From assembly GCA_046483725.1 (NCBI GenBank), contig JAWOCQ010000056.1, forward strand, positions 9,298 through 73,297: DNA of 64,000 nucleotides, written 5' to 3'. Each line of letters begins with the position of its first letter. The first letter of the stretch is position 1. The DNA comes from Candidatus Bipolaricaulota bacterium. GTDB taxonomy: Bacteria; Bipolaricaulota; Bipolaricaulia; Bipolaricaulales; Bipolaricaulaceae. Positions 1 to 9,182 of this stretch are shown here, piece by piece. The translations under genes were made by a program, and so were the position numbers. The notes beneath the pieces are model-generated. The model worked only from the letters and a program-made list of their open reading frames with translations. It was not told the DNA's origin and made no database searches.

Positions 1-1631
1 TAACCGATCCCGAGGCCGGCCCAGAGGCCTTGCAAGTTGTAGGACGGCTGGCGCTCCTTGCACTCGCCGTATACGTGCTACGAGCACTCATGCAGTTCGC
101 CCGGCGTTACGCGGCCCATGTCGCCGGCTGGCATGTTGTCGCCGAGGTAAGAAACAAGATTTACCGCCACCTGCAACGGCTTTCGCTGCGCTTCTATGAG
201 GACAAACAGACCGGGCAGCTTATGTCGCGCACGGTGAACGACTCAAACCTGCTCGAACAGCTGGTTGCCCACGCCATTCCCGATGTCATGGTCAACGTAC
301 TCATGCTCATCGGGGTGGTCTCCGTGCTGGCCACGATGAGTTGGCAGCTGGCACTTCTGTCAATGATCCCGGTGCCGTTCATCGTGTTAGGCATGCGTGG
401 CTTCGCTCGCTACGTACGGCCCGCCTTCCGTCAGCGTCAGGTGGAGCTAGGGGAGCTGAACGCGGCCCTGAACGACAACATCTCCGGGATCAGGGAGATC
501 AAGGCTTTCACCAGAGAGGAACCCGAGGCCGAGCGCATCTGGTATCGGATCGTCCGCCATCGCGATTCCCTGCTGCGGGCGCTGCGGTTGATGGCGGTGT
601 TTCACCCCTCCGTCGAGTTCTTCGCCGCCCTGGGGACGGTCGTCCTCATCTTCTTCGGCGGTCGGTTTGTGCACGAGGGAGCCCTCCCCATCGCCGACCT
701 TGTCGCCTTCTTCCTGTACCTGGAGCTCCTCTACCAGCCGGTGCGGGCCCTGAGCAACATCTGGGAGAACATCCAGGAGGCGGTCGCCGGAGCGGACCGC
801 ATCGCTGAGCTCTTGGAAGAAGACCCCGATGTAGTCGAGCGCCCTGGCGCCAGCGAGCTACCCGGCCGTGCTCAGGGCGAGATCCGCTTCAACGACGTGA
901 GCTTTCGCTACAGCGCCGGCGATTGGGTGTTGCGGGGCATCGACCTGGACATCGAGCCCGGTTCTGTGGTGGCGTTGGTCGGCCCGACCGGAGTGGGAAA
1001 GACCACGTTGTCGCTCCTCATCCCGCGGTTCTACGACGTCTGTGAGGGAAAGGTTACTCTCGACGGCCACGACGTCCGGGACCTCACACTGGAAAGCTTG
1101 CGGCGGCAGATCAGCCTTGTGCTACAGGAGGTATTTCTGTTTCACGGTACCGTGCGGGAGAACATCGTCTTCGGCCGTCCAGGTGCTACAGACGAGGAAG
1201 TGCGTGAGGCCGCACGCATAGCCAACGCCCACTCGTTCATCGAAGAGCTCCCCGAAGGGTACGACACAGTGATCGGCGAGCGGGGGGTGAAGCTCTCCGG
1301 CGGACAGCGCCAGCGCCTGGCCATCTCGCGGGCCGTGCTCCGCGACGCTCCCATTCTGATTCTGGATGAGGCCACTTCTTCTGTGGACACAGAGACAGAG
1401 CTCCTTATTCAGCAAGCACTGGAGCGGCTGATGGTCGGGAAAACCACGATCCTCATCGCCCATCGCCTGTCCACCATTCGCACAGCCGATAAGATCGTCG
1501 TCCTGGAGGATGGGAGGATCACCGAGCAAGGAACGCACGAGGAACTCATGGCCCGCGACGGCCTGTACTGTCACCTGAGCCGCGTGCAATCCCAAGAAGA
1601 GCCGGTGCAACCCTCGCTTCGGAAAGGGTGA
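1..1631 (+). CDS. ABC transporter, fused permease/ATP-binding protein (MsbA/multidrug-exporter type); 5' end lies outside the window
   Basis: Frame is open back to base 3, so the listed TTG at 30 is internal. TM region is followed by Walker A GPTGVGKTT, ABC signature LSGGQRQR, Walker B ILILDEATS and H-loop IAHRLS. Confidence 0.9.
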   Translation, partial: TDPEAGPEALQVVGRLALLALAVYVLRALMQFARRYAAHVAGWHVVAEVRNKIYRHLQRLSLRFYEDKQTGQLMSRTVNDSNLLEQLVAHAIPDVMVNVLMLIGVVSVLATMSWQLALLSMIPVPFIVLGMRGFARYVRPAFRQRQVELGELNAALNDNISGIREIKAFTREEPEAERIWYRIVRHRDSLLRALRLMAVFHPSVEFFAALGTVVLIFFGGRFVHEGALPIADLVAFFLYLELLYQPVRALSNIWENIQEAVAGADRIAELLEEDPDVVERPGASELPGRAQGEIRFNDVSFRYSAGDWVLRGIDLDIEPGSVVALVGPTGVGKTTLSLLIPRFYDVCEGKVTLDGHDVRDLTLESLRRQISLVLQEVFLFHGTVRENIVFGRPGATDEEVREAARIANAHSFIEELPEGYDTVIGERGVKLSGGQRQRLAISRAVLRDAPILILDEATSSVDTETELLIQQALERLMVGKTTILIAHRLSTIRTADKIVVLEDGRITEQGTHEELMARDGLYCHLSRVQSQEEPVQPSLRKG

Positions 1632-1635
1632 CCGA

Positions 1636-2290
1636 TCAGGCCCCTCCGGCCTGCAGCTCGTCGAGCGCGCTTCTGATCTCTTCTACAGTTGCGTCGTCTT
1701 CGATCGTGGACAGGTCGCCCATTGTCTCGCCCTCACACAGCGCCTGCAGGACCCGCCGCATAACCTTTCCTGAACGGGTCTTGGGAAGCCTCGGTACGAC
1801 TCGGAGCACCTGCTGTTCCTGATCAACTCCATGATGTCCTGCAGTAGCTCCTCGCTTTCGTCAATACCCTTCTTCAGGACGACGAAGGCGGCGATTGCCT
1901 GCCCCTTGACCTCATCGGTGACGCCGATGGCGGATGCTTCAGCCACAGTAGAGTGACTGGAGATGACTTCCTCAACCTCACGGGTTCCCATTCTGTGGCC
2001 GGCAACGTTGATCACCGCGTCCGCTCGACCAAGGAGCCAGTAGTAACCGTCGGTGTCTTTGATCGCGTAGTCACCTGAGAAGAAAACCCGCTTGCCGTAA
2101 GGTTCGAATGCCTTCCAATAGTTATCCACAAAGCGTTGATCATCCTTCCAGAGCGTCTGCAGCGCCCCTGGGGGCAACGGCGGATGAGCTACCAGATACC
2201 CGCGCTGCCCAGTTGGACACGGATTCCCTCTCTCATCGACGAGTTCCAAATCCCATCCTACAGCTTCCCGGCCGGGTGAACCCGGCCTCC
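1636..2290 (-). pseudogene. Remnant (C-terminal third) of an AMP-forming acetyl/acyl-CoA synthetase; N-terminus missing and reading frame broken near 1805-1825
   Basis: Translation matches the Acs C-terminal region (FSGDYAIKDTDGYYWLLGRADAVINVAGHRMGTREVE, VKGQAIAAFVVL). The invariant [12 protein letters not shown] motif and its stop (1636-1638) are in a different frame from the upstream part. The N-terminal ~400 aa of the family are absent. Confidence 0.6.
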
Positions 2291-2625
2291 CGGAACACCT
2301 GAAGCAGGCCAACGTTCTGGGATACGAAGTCCAACAGCGCGGCATACGCCTGCAGCAGACGATCGGTCCCATCGCGCCCGCTCTCCGCAGCCTGCCTGAC
2401 ATGGGAAATAATCCCACGCTGCAAGCGCTCAGCCAGGCGGACATAGGCATCCTCCTTGCTGGAGAAATAGAGGTAGAAAGTACCCTGGGCCACCCCTGCC
2501 CGGCGGCAGATAGCGGACACAGACGCAGCCTCGTAGCCCCGCTCGGACAGAACCGCCTCCGCACAGCGGAGGAGGTTCTCGAGAGTTCCCTGGCCCCGGC
2601 GCGTTCGGGGTAAGCGCTCACTCAT
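2233..2625 (-). CDS. TetR/AcrR-family transcriptional regulator, apparently C-terminally truncated (130 aa)
   Basis: N-terminal HTH (ASVSAICRRAGVAQGTFYLYFSSKEDAY). Family-like sequence stops around FREAGF. The last ~17 codons read out of frame through the Acs-like remnant. Confidence 0.7.
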   Translation of the reverse strand: MSERLPRTRRGQGTLENLLRCAEAVLSERGYEAASVSAICRRAGVAQGTFYLYFSSKEDAYVRLAERLQRGIISHVRQAAESGRDGTDRLLQAYAALLDFVSQNVGLLQVFREAGFTRPGSCRMGFGTRR

Positions 2626-2803
2626 CGTGCTTCCTCATCGTGGTCATAGTCAAGCCGGGCAGAACGGGACAGAATCCCGACAGAGCCTGCCCGAGAATGT
2701 ACAGTCCCCTAGTTCTACGCCACAACACAGTGTACCCGCTTTTCCTCCACCATTACCCATCGTCGCCCATTCTTTAGTGCACAACGCAGAGCGATGCGTT
2801 CTC

Positions 2804-3361
2804 CTAGTACTTATACCCAGCTGCCTCCTCGGAAGTCGCTTCTACCCCGAGCCCCAAGGCAATGCGGTTCACGAAGTTGAAGTAACTCGCCACCAAGTTC
2901 ACCGCCAGGATGTCCTCGTCGCCGAGCCCATGGCCCCGCAGCTCCTCGATGTCGGCCTCGACCATGTCGCATGGACTCTCGGTAAGCTTCAACGCATAAT
3001 CCGCCAGGGCCCGCATTCGCGGGGTAAGGTCGATCGATCGCGGGTCGTCGATCAGCGCCTGTAGCCGTTCCCTGTCCTTCCAGTAGTGGTGGAGGGCCTC
3101 AGCGTGGTGGGCAATACAGTAGTCGCAGCTGTTGGCCGCCGAGACGACCACTGCCACCACCTCCCGCTCTTCGCGCGACAATCCCGATCGGCCGAACATG
3201 ATGGTCATGTACAGGTTCATGTGTGCAGCCATCGCCCGCGGATCGAGGCTGTGCACGGCCAGAATATTGGACACCTTGCCCCGGTTGCTTTTCAGGCGCT
3301 CGTAGATCGTGCGCAGCTCCTCGCCTGCCTGTTGTTCATCAACAACCCTTATCCACGACAT
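2804..3361 (-). CDS. Carboxymuconolactone decarboxylase / AhpD-like peroxidase-related protein
   Basis: 185 aa with the AhpD-type CxxC core (SCDYCIAHH) and typical length and architecture of the peroxidase-related CMD subfamily. Confidence 0.85.
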   Translation of the reverse strand: MSWIRVVDEQQAGEELRTIYERLKSNRGKVSNILAVHSLDPRAMAAHMNLYMTIMFGRSGLSREEREVVAVVVSAANSCDYCIAHHAEALHHYWKDRERLQALIDDPRSIDLTPRMRALADYALKLTESPCDMVEADIEELRGHGLGDEDILAVNLVASYFNFVNRIALGLGVEATSEEAAGYKY

Positions 3362-3657
3362 TAGCGTCCTCCTTTCCCTCGGGCCCTTCTCCCCGTCTCC
3401 GCTCCCCGTACAGCCAATGGTGTAGCGAATCTCTGATCAAGTTTCGGGGAAGTGGCCACGTTCAACCAGCTCAGGCCATACAAAACCTTCATCCCCCGCG
3501 CCTTGAGGACCTCGAGGGAGTTAACTGCATAAGAAGCGGACTCTAGCTCCCCTTGGGTCACACACAGATCAGGGTACGTCTGATGCTTGCATCCCAGGTG
3601 GTGCGCCGGATCCCCCGCCGACAGCTGCAGTCCGTCGCCCGTTGCCTTCATGAACAA
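3361..3657 (-). pseudogene. Possible C-terminal fragment of an MBL-fold hydrolase (very tentative)
   Basis: Segment LSAGDPAHHLG...YPDL...SLEVLKARGMKVLYG resembles the C-terminal part of lactonase-type MBL hydrolases. An in-frame TGA lies two codons upstream of the TTG start. No N-terminal HxHxDH region is present. Confidence 0.2.
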
Positions 3658-3962
3658 GCCTCACTCCAGTAAGATGAATCGTACCAGTGAACTCTGCTAG
3701 CTGCACAATTCTGGCTTCCTCCGGTCACATGGCCGCTTTGGACGCCGCGATGTGTCAAATCTACGGCAACCGAGGTTCCTGCTGCCCATTTGGCGCCATC
3801 ATCACGGGCACGGAGGACTGCAGGTGAGCGAGGTCCTTGGCGCGAGGAATGCTCTTGCTGAGTCTGGCCCGTACCACTGAGAGCGGTGCGCTCGGGGCCG
3901 GTAAGAGTATGATGATGCGGCCAATACGCTTATAATGGTTGCGGGTAGGAGGTGCTTGTACA

Positions 3963-4352
3963 ATGCGGTTAGTTTTCAAGGTGCTCCGACACGGTGATGT
4001 CGCCGCGTTCTTCTTCTTCGGTTGGGTGATCATGATGCTGTGGAATAGCATCATTGCCGGCCACCTGGGACTGTTCCCCACGCTTTCGTACCTTCAGGCA
4101 TGCGGCCTTTGGTTCCTCGTCACGCTCCTGTTTGCCTGGGCGGGGCTAGGTGGGCCAGCCGCAGGGTGGTCGTTCCGCGCCTGGCGCAAGGCCCGCCAGG
4201 GCGAAGAGGTGGCGCGTGACGTCGAGCAGCGCATAAAGCGCGGTTTCGCCCATTGGGCCGGGACATCGGAGGATGTTGAATGGGACGAACTCGGCCCCAT
4301 GATTGAGCAGCGGATCAAAACACGGCTCAAAGATTGGCTCCGCGAGGAGTGA
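3963..4352 (+). CDS. Hypothetical membrane protein (3 predicted TM segments, charged C-terminal tail)
   Basis: ATG at 3963 is preceded by GTAGGAGGTG about 8 nt upstream. Hydrophobic stretches include FFFFGWVIMMLWNSII and GLWFLVTLLFAWAGL. Confidence 0.5.
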   Translation: MRLVFKVLRHGDVAAFFFFGWVIMMLWNSIIAGHLGLFPTLSYLQACGLWFLVTLLFAWAGLGGPAAGWSFRAWRKARQGEEVARDVEQRIKRGFAHWAGTSEDVEWDELGPMIEQRIKTRLKDWLREE

Positions 4353-4482
4353 TAGCTCACAACTCAAAGCTTGTCCTCCGGATGCTTCGACGGTGGCTAC
4401 CTACGGGACCCAGAACTGGGCATCGTGGGGGCATTGACCCCGCTTTCGGTAGCAGTTTTCTTGACGCAGATCGCTGAACAGG

Positions 4483-4701
4483 TCACTCACTCTCGGCCTG
4501 ATTGGTCGCCTCGCGGTACCTGTGAAGTAGGGCTACTATCGACTGTGCAATGCACTGACCGCAGACATAGCTGGCGTGGTCGCCTTCCTCAACACACGCC
4601 GCAAACTCACACTCCTGCGCAGCGGTGCCGCAGGTCTCGCACTGCCATACGTCCTCCGGCTGCACGGTCATGATCTTTACAGTTGTATAATGCTCTTCCA
4701 C
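4483..4701 (-). CDS. Small cysteine-rich (zinc-ribbon-like) hypothetical protein
   Basis: GTG at 4701 has AAGGAG 6 nt upstream; an alternative ATG lies at 4671. Cys pattern is CETCG ... CEFAAC ... CGQC. Confidence 0.35.
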   Translation of the reverse strand: MEEHYTTVKIMTVQPEDVWQCETCGTAAQECEFAACVEEGDHASYVCGQCIAQSIVALLHRYREATNQAESE

Positions 4702-4863
4702 GTGCTTCTCCTTTGTAGGCTCCACCCTACCTGGCCTCCAGGGGCCTTGCGCCACAGGGGTAGGGGGAAAGAATGCCTTACCATAAAGAGAGGGTAGCAA
4801 GGGCCATACGCATCCTATGACCCCTCCAACCCTCCCATAGTGAACAAGCTACAAACACTAGCG

Positions 4864-4890
4864 GCGCGCTCTCCATTATGATGCGCGCGC
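4864..4890 (-). terminator. Possible cspA terminator hairpin (weak)
   Basis: GCGCGC/GCGCGC stem (4864-4869 / 4885-4890) just downstream of the cspA stop, followed on the minus strand by a moderately T-rich stretch. The loop is long (15 nt). Confidence 0.25.
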
Positions 4891-4901
4891 GGGACTACGT
4901 C

Positions 4902-5102
4902 TTAGCGTGGGGTGGCGTTCTTGGCTTGTGGGCCTTTGGGACTCTGCTCGATCTCGAACTCTACGTCCTGCCCCTCGCGGAGGCTCTTAAAACCGTCCAT
5001 GTTGATCTCTGAGTAGTGCACAAACACATCCGAGTCACCTTCCTGCTCGATGAAACCAAAACCCTTTGCATCGTTGAACCACTTTACCTTACCGGTGGCC
5101 AC
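4902..5102 (-). CDS. cspA: Cold-shock protein (CspA family)
   Basis: [14 protein letters not shown] (RNP1) and DVFVHYS (RNP2); 66 aa. Confidence 0.95.
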   Translation of the reverse strand: MATGKVKWFNDAKGFGFIEQEGDSDVFVHYSEINMDGFKSLREGQDVEFEIEQSPKGPQAKNATPR

Positions 5103-5215
5103 TGGTGTCTCCCTCCTCTTTCACTTTCGACTACGACCGCCTACGTGCTTCCACTGCTTTGTTGAGGGTCACCCAACAGCCACACAGTAACACTTCGTAC
5201 GGTCATGCAACTACT

Positions 5216-5243
5216 ACTATAAGAGATTGGGAACACATGTCAA
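5216..5243 (-). promoter_or_regulatory. Sigma-70-type promoter for cspA, giving a leader of roughly 100 nt
   Basis: Minus strand reads TTGACA (5238-5243), 16-nt spacer, TATAGT (5216-5221). Long csp 5' UTRs are typical. Confidence 0.45.
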
Positions 5244-5442
5244 GGGGAAACCTCTAGCTGTACGCTCCGTCGGCGGGCGCGCCCTCCCCTGTGAGGGCAA
5301 GCGGAGATGCCGGCTACGGGCCGGCTGCCGTCGGGGGCCACCAGGGGAGATCATAAGCTTTCTGAGGGTAATGCGCATTACCTTCAGCTGGCAGCCTGTT
5401 CAGCCGTGCATTTGCTTCCGGCTATCTGCATAATCCCCAGCT

Positions 5443-6036
5443 ATGGGTACGGGGGTGCGAACGAGGAAGGCGTTCCTGCTGAACGGAAGCAGCGTTGCCG
5501 GCGACCCGCCGGACCGGATCAGCGAGGCGCTGGAGCACGCGCTGTTGGGCGAGGGGTTAGCGGTGAAGCGGATGGACGTCCACTCGGCGCGCATCCGGCC
5601 ATGCCTAGCCTGCGGCGCGTGTGCTTTTCGGCGCCCGGGCGAGTGTGTGGTGGTTGATGACGGACGGGACATCCCTCGTCTTTGGGCCCAGGCTGACATT
5701 TTCGCCTTTGTCTCGGGTATCCGGTTTGGGGGCTACCCGGCAGCGGCCAAGCGGGCGCTCGAGCGTACACTTCCTGTAGTCCATCCGTGCTTCACACGCT
5801 ACCGAGGAGAGATGCACCATCGGCTGCGGTATCCCCGGCGGCCGTTCATGTTGTTCGTTGGATGGCAGCCGAATGCCGACCCCGAGACCCGCTCCTTGTA
5901 CCACCGGCTGACCGAGCGCAACGCGACCAACTATCAAACGAGCCACCGCGCGCTAGTCATGGAAGATGAGCTGGATCAGGAGACGCTCGAGCAAGAAATG
6001 TCGGAGCTAGTGCATGCGTTGGAGGGGCAGGCATGA
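5443..6036 (+). CDS. Flavodoxin-like / NAD(P)H-dependent FMN reductase family protein (iron-sulfur flavoprotein-like)
   Basis: Pattern IRPCLACGAC...GECVVVDD...ADIFAFVSGIRFGGYPAAAKRALER is typical of COG0655-type multimeric flavodoxins. Confidence 0.6.
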   Translation: MGTGVRTRKAFLLNGSSVAGDPPDRISEALEHALLGEGLAVKRMDVHSARIRPCLACGACAFRRPGECVVVDDGRDIPRLWAQADIFAFVSGIRFGGYPAAAKRALERTLPVVHPCFTRYRGEMHHRLRYPRRPFMLFVGWQPNADPETRSLYHRLTERNATNYQTSHRALVMEDELDQETLEQEMSELVHALEGQA

Positions 6037-6698
6037 AGGGGACAGTGGCCGTAGTCGCTGCGAGCAACCGACGCAACAGTAACTCTGCAGCTATAGGTCG
6101 ATACTTGGCCGGTAAGCTCTCCGCGGCAAAAGTACCCACCCGCAGCATCGACGTGGCGGATAAGGGAGGCCTCGTGGGAAACTTCGTGCCAGCGGTGGAG
6201 CTGGTAGCCGGGTGTCGCCATGCAGTGCTTGTCGCTTCGTTGTACCACGACACCATCAACTACATGGCCACAGCTACACAGGAGGCTTGGGCGGACCGAG
6301 CGCCTTGTGGTCCTAATGGCCGGCGTCCCCAATTCTCGGCCATCATACATTCGGGCTATCCAGAACCCGTGCACACGAAGATCGCTCTGGACATCTGTCG
6401 CCGTTTCGCAAGCGAGGTTGACTGGACCTGGGGGGGCGGGTTCACCGCCGGGGCAACTTCCACCATCGGAGGGCACGATCTCGATTCTGTGGGCCCGATG
6501 GGCCGCAATCTGAGGCGGGCGTTGGAGCTTAGCGCACAAGCGATCGCCGCGGGGAACCCCATACCAGAACAAGCAGAGCGCGCCGCCGCGCGAGCAGTCT
6601 TGCCTGCGTGGCTTTTCATCCCTCTGGCGAACTGGGCGATACGGCGCGAAGCCAAGAGAACAGGCACGCGGAATATCGATGCCCGGCCTTACGGATAA
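6033..6698 (+). CDS. Flavodoxin-like oxidoreductase family protein (divergent)
   Basis: 4-nt overlap with the upstream flavodoxin-like gene. N-terminal VAVVAASNRRNSNSAAIGRYL and AVLVASLYHDTINY resemble the NAD(P)H-dependent oxidoreductase fold. Confidence 0.45.
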   Translation: MKGTVAVVAASNRRNSNSAAIGRYLAGKLSAAKVPTRSIDVADKGGLVGNFVPAVELVAGCRHAVLVASLYHDTINYMATATQEAWADRAPCGPNGRRPQFSAIIHSGYPEPVHTKIALDICRRFASEVDWTWGGGFTAGATSTIGGHDLDSVGPMGRNLRRALELSAQAIAAGNPIPEQAERAAARAVLPAWLFIPLANWAIRREAKRTGTRNIDARPYG

Positions 6699-6852
6699 AC
6701 GCTGAGGAGCTGTCAAGGGCACTTCCTCCTGGATACAGGAGCGCTGTGTAACGTGTGTTACAGACACATTATGATCCGCCTGTACAATAGTAGTTAGAGG
6801 ACATCCCACGCTTGGACCATGACCTGGAGTCCGAGGCGTTGGCGCAGGGAGA

Positions 6853-7275
6853 GTGACCATGGGCGCAGGCGACGTAGTTATGCTGATAGTCTTGGTGTTG
6901 GCCGGGGTCGCGCTGATCGCCGGAGGCGTGACGGCCCTCCGCCGCCGACGGGACTGGCTGGTGGCGAGCATGGCTGTGGCGGCGATCCTAATCGGCGCGA
7001 GCTGGTTGGTGAGCTTGATCATCGGTTTCGCCAGCCGTATCGATCCGTTCAACGTGTTCGTCCCGGTGTTGACTTCCAGCCTGGGGCTAGCCGTATTCGC
7101 ATTCTGGGTGATCATGCTGACCGAGGCCGCCACCCTGGAGGAGTCAAACAGTTTGGACAAACTGACCTGGGTGCTGATCATCCTGCTGGCGAACGTGGTG
7201 GGTGCGCTGATCTATTTCTTCGCCCGGCGGCCCCACCGACCGGCGCGTGCACAGGACCAAGCGGTCAAGGAGTGA
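6853..7275 (+). CDS. PLDc_N-domain small membrane protein
   Basis: C-terminal KLTWVLIILLANVVGALIYFFARR is the hallmark of the PLD-nuclease N-terminal (PF13396-type) membrane domain. Four hydrophobic segments. Confidence 0.65.
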   Translation: MTMGAGDVVMLIVLVLAGVALIAGGVTALRRRRDWLVASMAVAAILIGASWLVSLIIGFASRIDPFNVFVPVLTSSLGLAVFAFWVIMLTEAATLEESNSLDKLTWVLIILLANVVGALIYFFARRPHRPARAQDQAVKE

Positions 7276-7460
7276 CCCTCTTGACTGAACGTCCACAGCC
7301 AGTAGTTATTGGCGAAGGGGACGATGAGCAGTAGACCTGTGGGGATGCTGGCCCCCGCTGCGTTCATCTCGGACTTTGCGCGTACGAACCAGTAAATCCC
7401 GTAGATGCCCAGGGTAACGATGGTCAGGACGACCACACCCGCCACGCTACTTCGTGTCAT
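7212..7460 (-). CDS. DUF4234-like small membrane protein
   Basis: ATG at 7458-7460. LTIVTLGIYGIYWFVRAKSEMN...IVPFANNYWLW matches the DUF4234 signature. The longer 232-aa ORF upstream is not supported. Confidence 0.55.
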   Translation of the reverse strand: MTRSSVAGVVVLTIVTLGIYGIYWFVRAKSEMNAAGASIPTGLLLIVPFANNYWLWTFSQEGHSLTAWSCARAGRWGRRAKK

Positions 7461-7771
7461 CCGCCCTCCTTCGCTGGCCAGGCAGCGCGCTGCTCGGCGA
7501 TCCAGGCTTCCGTCCCCTGAGCCATCCGGTCTCTCAAGTTGTCTATGTGGTATCCGGCGGGGCAGCCGGGCCGGTCGTCGGGGACGAACTCGCGCAGCTC
7601 TGGGCAGGGGAAATCGGCGCATAGGCCGCAGTGCTCGATGTATTTGGCCAACGTGCAGCGGACGAAGGTGCAATCGAGGTGGTGCAAGGGGATGCATCCC
7701 AGGCAGCGTCCTCCGAAATGGGGACACTTGCCACACCAATCGCCGCACACTGCCGCTTCCCGATGGCCCAT
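7457..7771 (-). CDS. DUF3795-family cysteine-rich protein
   Basis: CGDWCGKCPHFGGRCLGC ... CGLCADFPCPEL is the characteristic DUF3795 Cys pattern. Its stop overlaps the DUF4234 start (ATGA). Confidence 0.7.
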   Translation of the reverse strand: MGHREAAVCGDWCGKCPHFGGRCLGCIPLHHLDCTFVRCTLAKYIEHCGLCADFPCPELREFVPDDRPGCPAGYHIDNLRDRMAQGTEAWIAEQRAAWPAKEGG

Positions 7772-7902
7772 CCCTCGCCCAGCATAGCGCTTTGGAGGTT
7801 GGCAGGCTACTCGGTCTGCGGTGAGGATTTTTCCTTAGGAGGCTATTTGTGTAGGCTAGCGGCAGGCAATCGCTGTAAACGTCCCCGTAAGGAGGCATAC
7901 CT

Positions 7903-8400
7903 GTGGGCAATAACTACCTGGCGAACCCGGAGGGCAGGTGGTTTGTGGCGCGGATGGGGCTGTGGGAGTGGCTAGAGACGTTGCTCAAGCTGGCGGCCGT
8001 AGGGGCTGCAATGTGGGGGCTAAGCCTGGCCATCACCCAGGGGTGGGGACTTGGCATGCACGGACGGACGGCTCAAGTCGCCATCTTGGGAGCCGCCTCG
8101 TTGGGCATCCTCGCTGCGGTGGCCGACCGACTGGCCACCCGGGAGGTAGTGTCAACGGCATTCGTGGTGATAAACAACTTTGGTCATTGGGGAATCACGG
8201 CCGCGCTCGTAGGGGGTCTAGGAGGGGGGGCTCCGCTTGTCCTCTTCTGCTCGGTCATGCTCGCCGGTGATCTGGCCAAGCTAGTGTTCTTCGCGCGCAG
8301 CGGGCTGACCGTGCGCGATGCGCCTCGGGCGGCGGTGTTAGGGGGAACGGGCCTGTTCGCGCTTTGTTACCTCGGAGTCCTGTTATTAGAAGTTTTGTAG
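7903..8400 (+). CDS. Hypothetical integral membrane protein
   Basis: 165 aa with about 5 hydrophobic helices. No recognisable motif. Confidence 0.4.
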   Translation: MGNNYLANPEGRWFVARMGLWEWLETLLKLAAVGAAMWGLSLAITQGWGLGMHGRTAQVAILGAASLGILAAVADRLATREVVSTAFVVINNFGHWGITAALVGGLGGGAPLVLFCSVMLAGDLAKLVFFARSGLTVRDAPRAAVLGGTGLFALCYLGVLLLEVL

Positions 8401-9182
8401 GCAGCTCTGGCCTCGCGCTTGGGAAACCAAGGGACAAAGGCGTTGGTGACACGCGCATAGCGGTCGAATTCCGGGCGTCCACGGAGCTTCTTCTCCAACA
8501 TGGGGACGCCGGAGACGAACCGTAGGAGCAAGGTGATGGTGAGGGGTCCTATGATCCCGGTCCAGCCCCAGGGCACGGACAGGGCTATGACAAACAGCCC
8601 CCACCACATCGTTGCCTCCCCGAAGTAGTTCGGATGGCGAGTGTAACGCCACAGGCCAGTTCGCAGAACCTTTCCCTGGTTTTGGGGGTTACTTCTGAAA
8701 CGCGCGAGCTGACGGTCGCCTACAGCCTCGAACAGAAAGCCCACCACCCAAATCAGGACTCCGAGGATCTCCACGAACCCGAAACCGGGCCGCGCGGAGA
8801 CTTGGATGAGCAGCACCGGGTAGACAATCACCAACAGAAACAACGCCTGCAGCATGAACACCTGGATAAATGCCCGCGGCACCACCCACCGGCCCCATTT
8901 CTCCCGCCACTGAGCGTAACGGAAATCCTCCGGCTTCCCCCAGTTGCGCCGCACAATGTGATAGGTGAGCCTGAACCCCCACACTGCTACGAGCAGCAAC
9001 GTTACGAGAGCACGTGGGGTAAAATGTGCTGCAGAGAAGAAGGCAAAGGACGTGACCACCACGAACCCCAACCCCCAGCCCATGTCCACCAAAGAGTTGT
9101 CCCGCCGCCATTGGGCAATAAGGAATAACGCGCAAAAGTAGCCGAGCGCTATCGCAGCCGAGTGGGCGATTACCGGCCACAT
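8367..9182 (-). CDS. DUF1295 / steroid 5-alpha-reductase-like membrane protein
   Basis: GLWRYTRHPNYFGEATMWWG motif and multi-TM architecture. Confidence 0.85.
   Translation of the reverse strand: MWPVIAHSAAIALGYFCALFLIAQWRRDNSLVDMGWGLGFVVVTSFAFFSAAHFTPRALVTLLLVAVWGFRLTYHIVRRNWGKPEDFRYAQWREKWGRWVVPRAFIQVFMLQALFLLVIVYPVLLIQVSARPGFGFVEILGVLIWVVGFLFEAVGDRQLARFRSNPQNQGKVLRTGLWRYTRHPNYFGEATMWWGLFVIALSVPWGWTGIIGPLTITLLLRFVSGVPMLEKKLRGRPEFDRYARVTNAFVPWFPKREARAAYKTSNNRTPR

Noticed and set aside
1683-2621. 312-aa ORF treated as an intact gene.
   Set aside because: Its N-terminal two thirds are the wrong frame of the TetR gene and spacer. Only residues from about GWDLELVDERG onward are Acs-like, and the true Acs C-terminus is in another frame.
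5976-7181. 401-aa ORF on the minus strand, together with similar long ORFs at 16990-18237, 23511-24353, 41829-42602, 43182-44114 and 28935-29717.
   Set aside because: They lie antisense to, or out of frame with, genes that have clear family motifs. Their translations are Arg/Pro/Ala/Gly-rich low-complexity sequence, typical of stop-poor alternative frames in GC-rich DNA.
7461-7910. N-terminal 150 codons of the 232-aa ORF 7212..7910.
   Set aside because: This part overlaps the well-supported DUF3795 gene in another frame and is Arg/Pro-rich. Only the last 82 codons (DUF4234-like) are credible.
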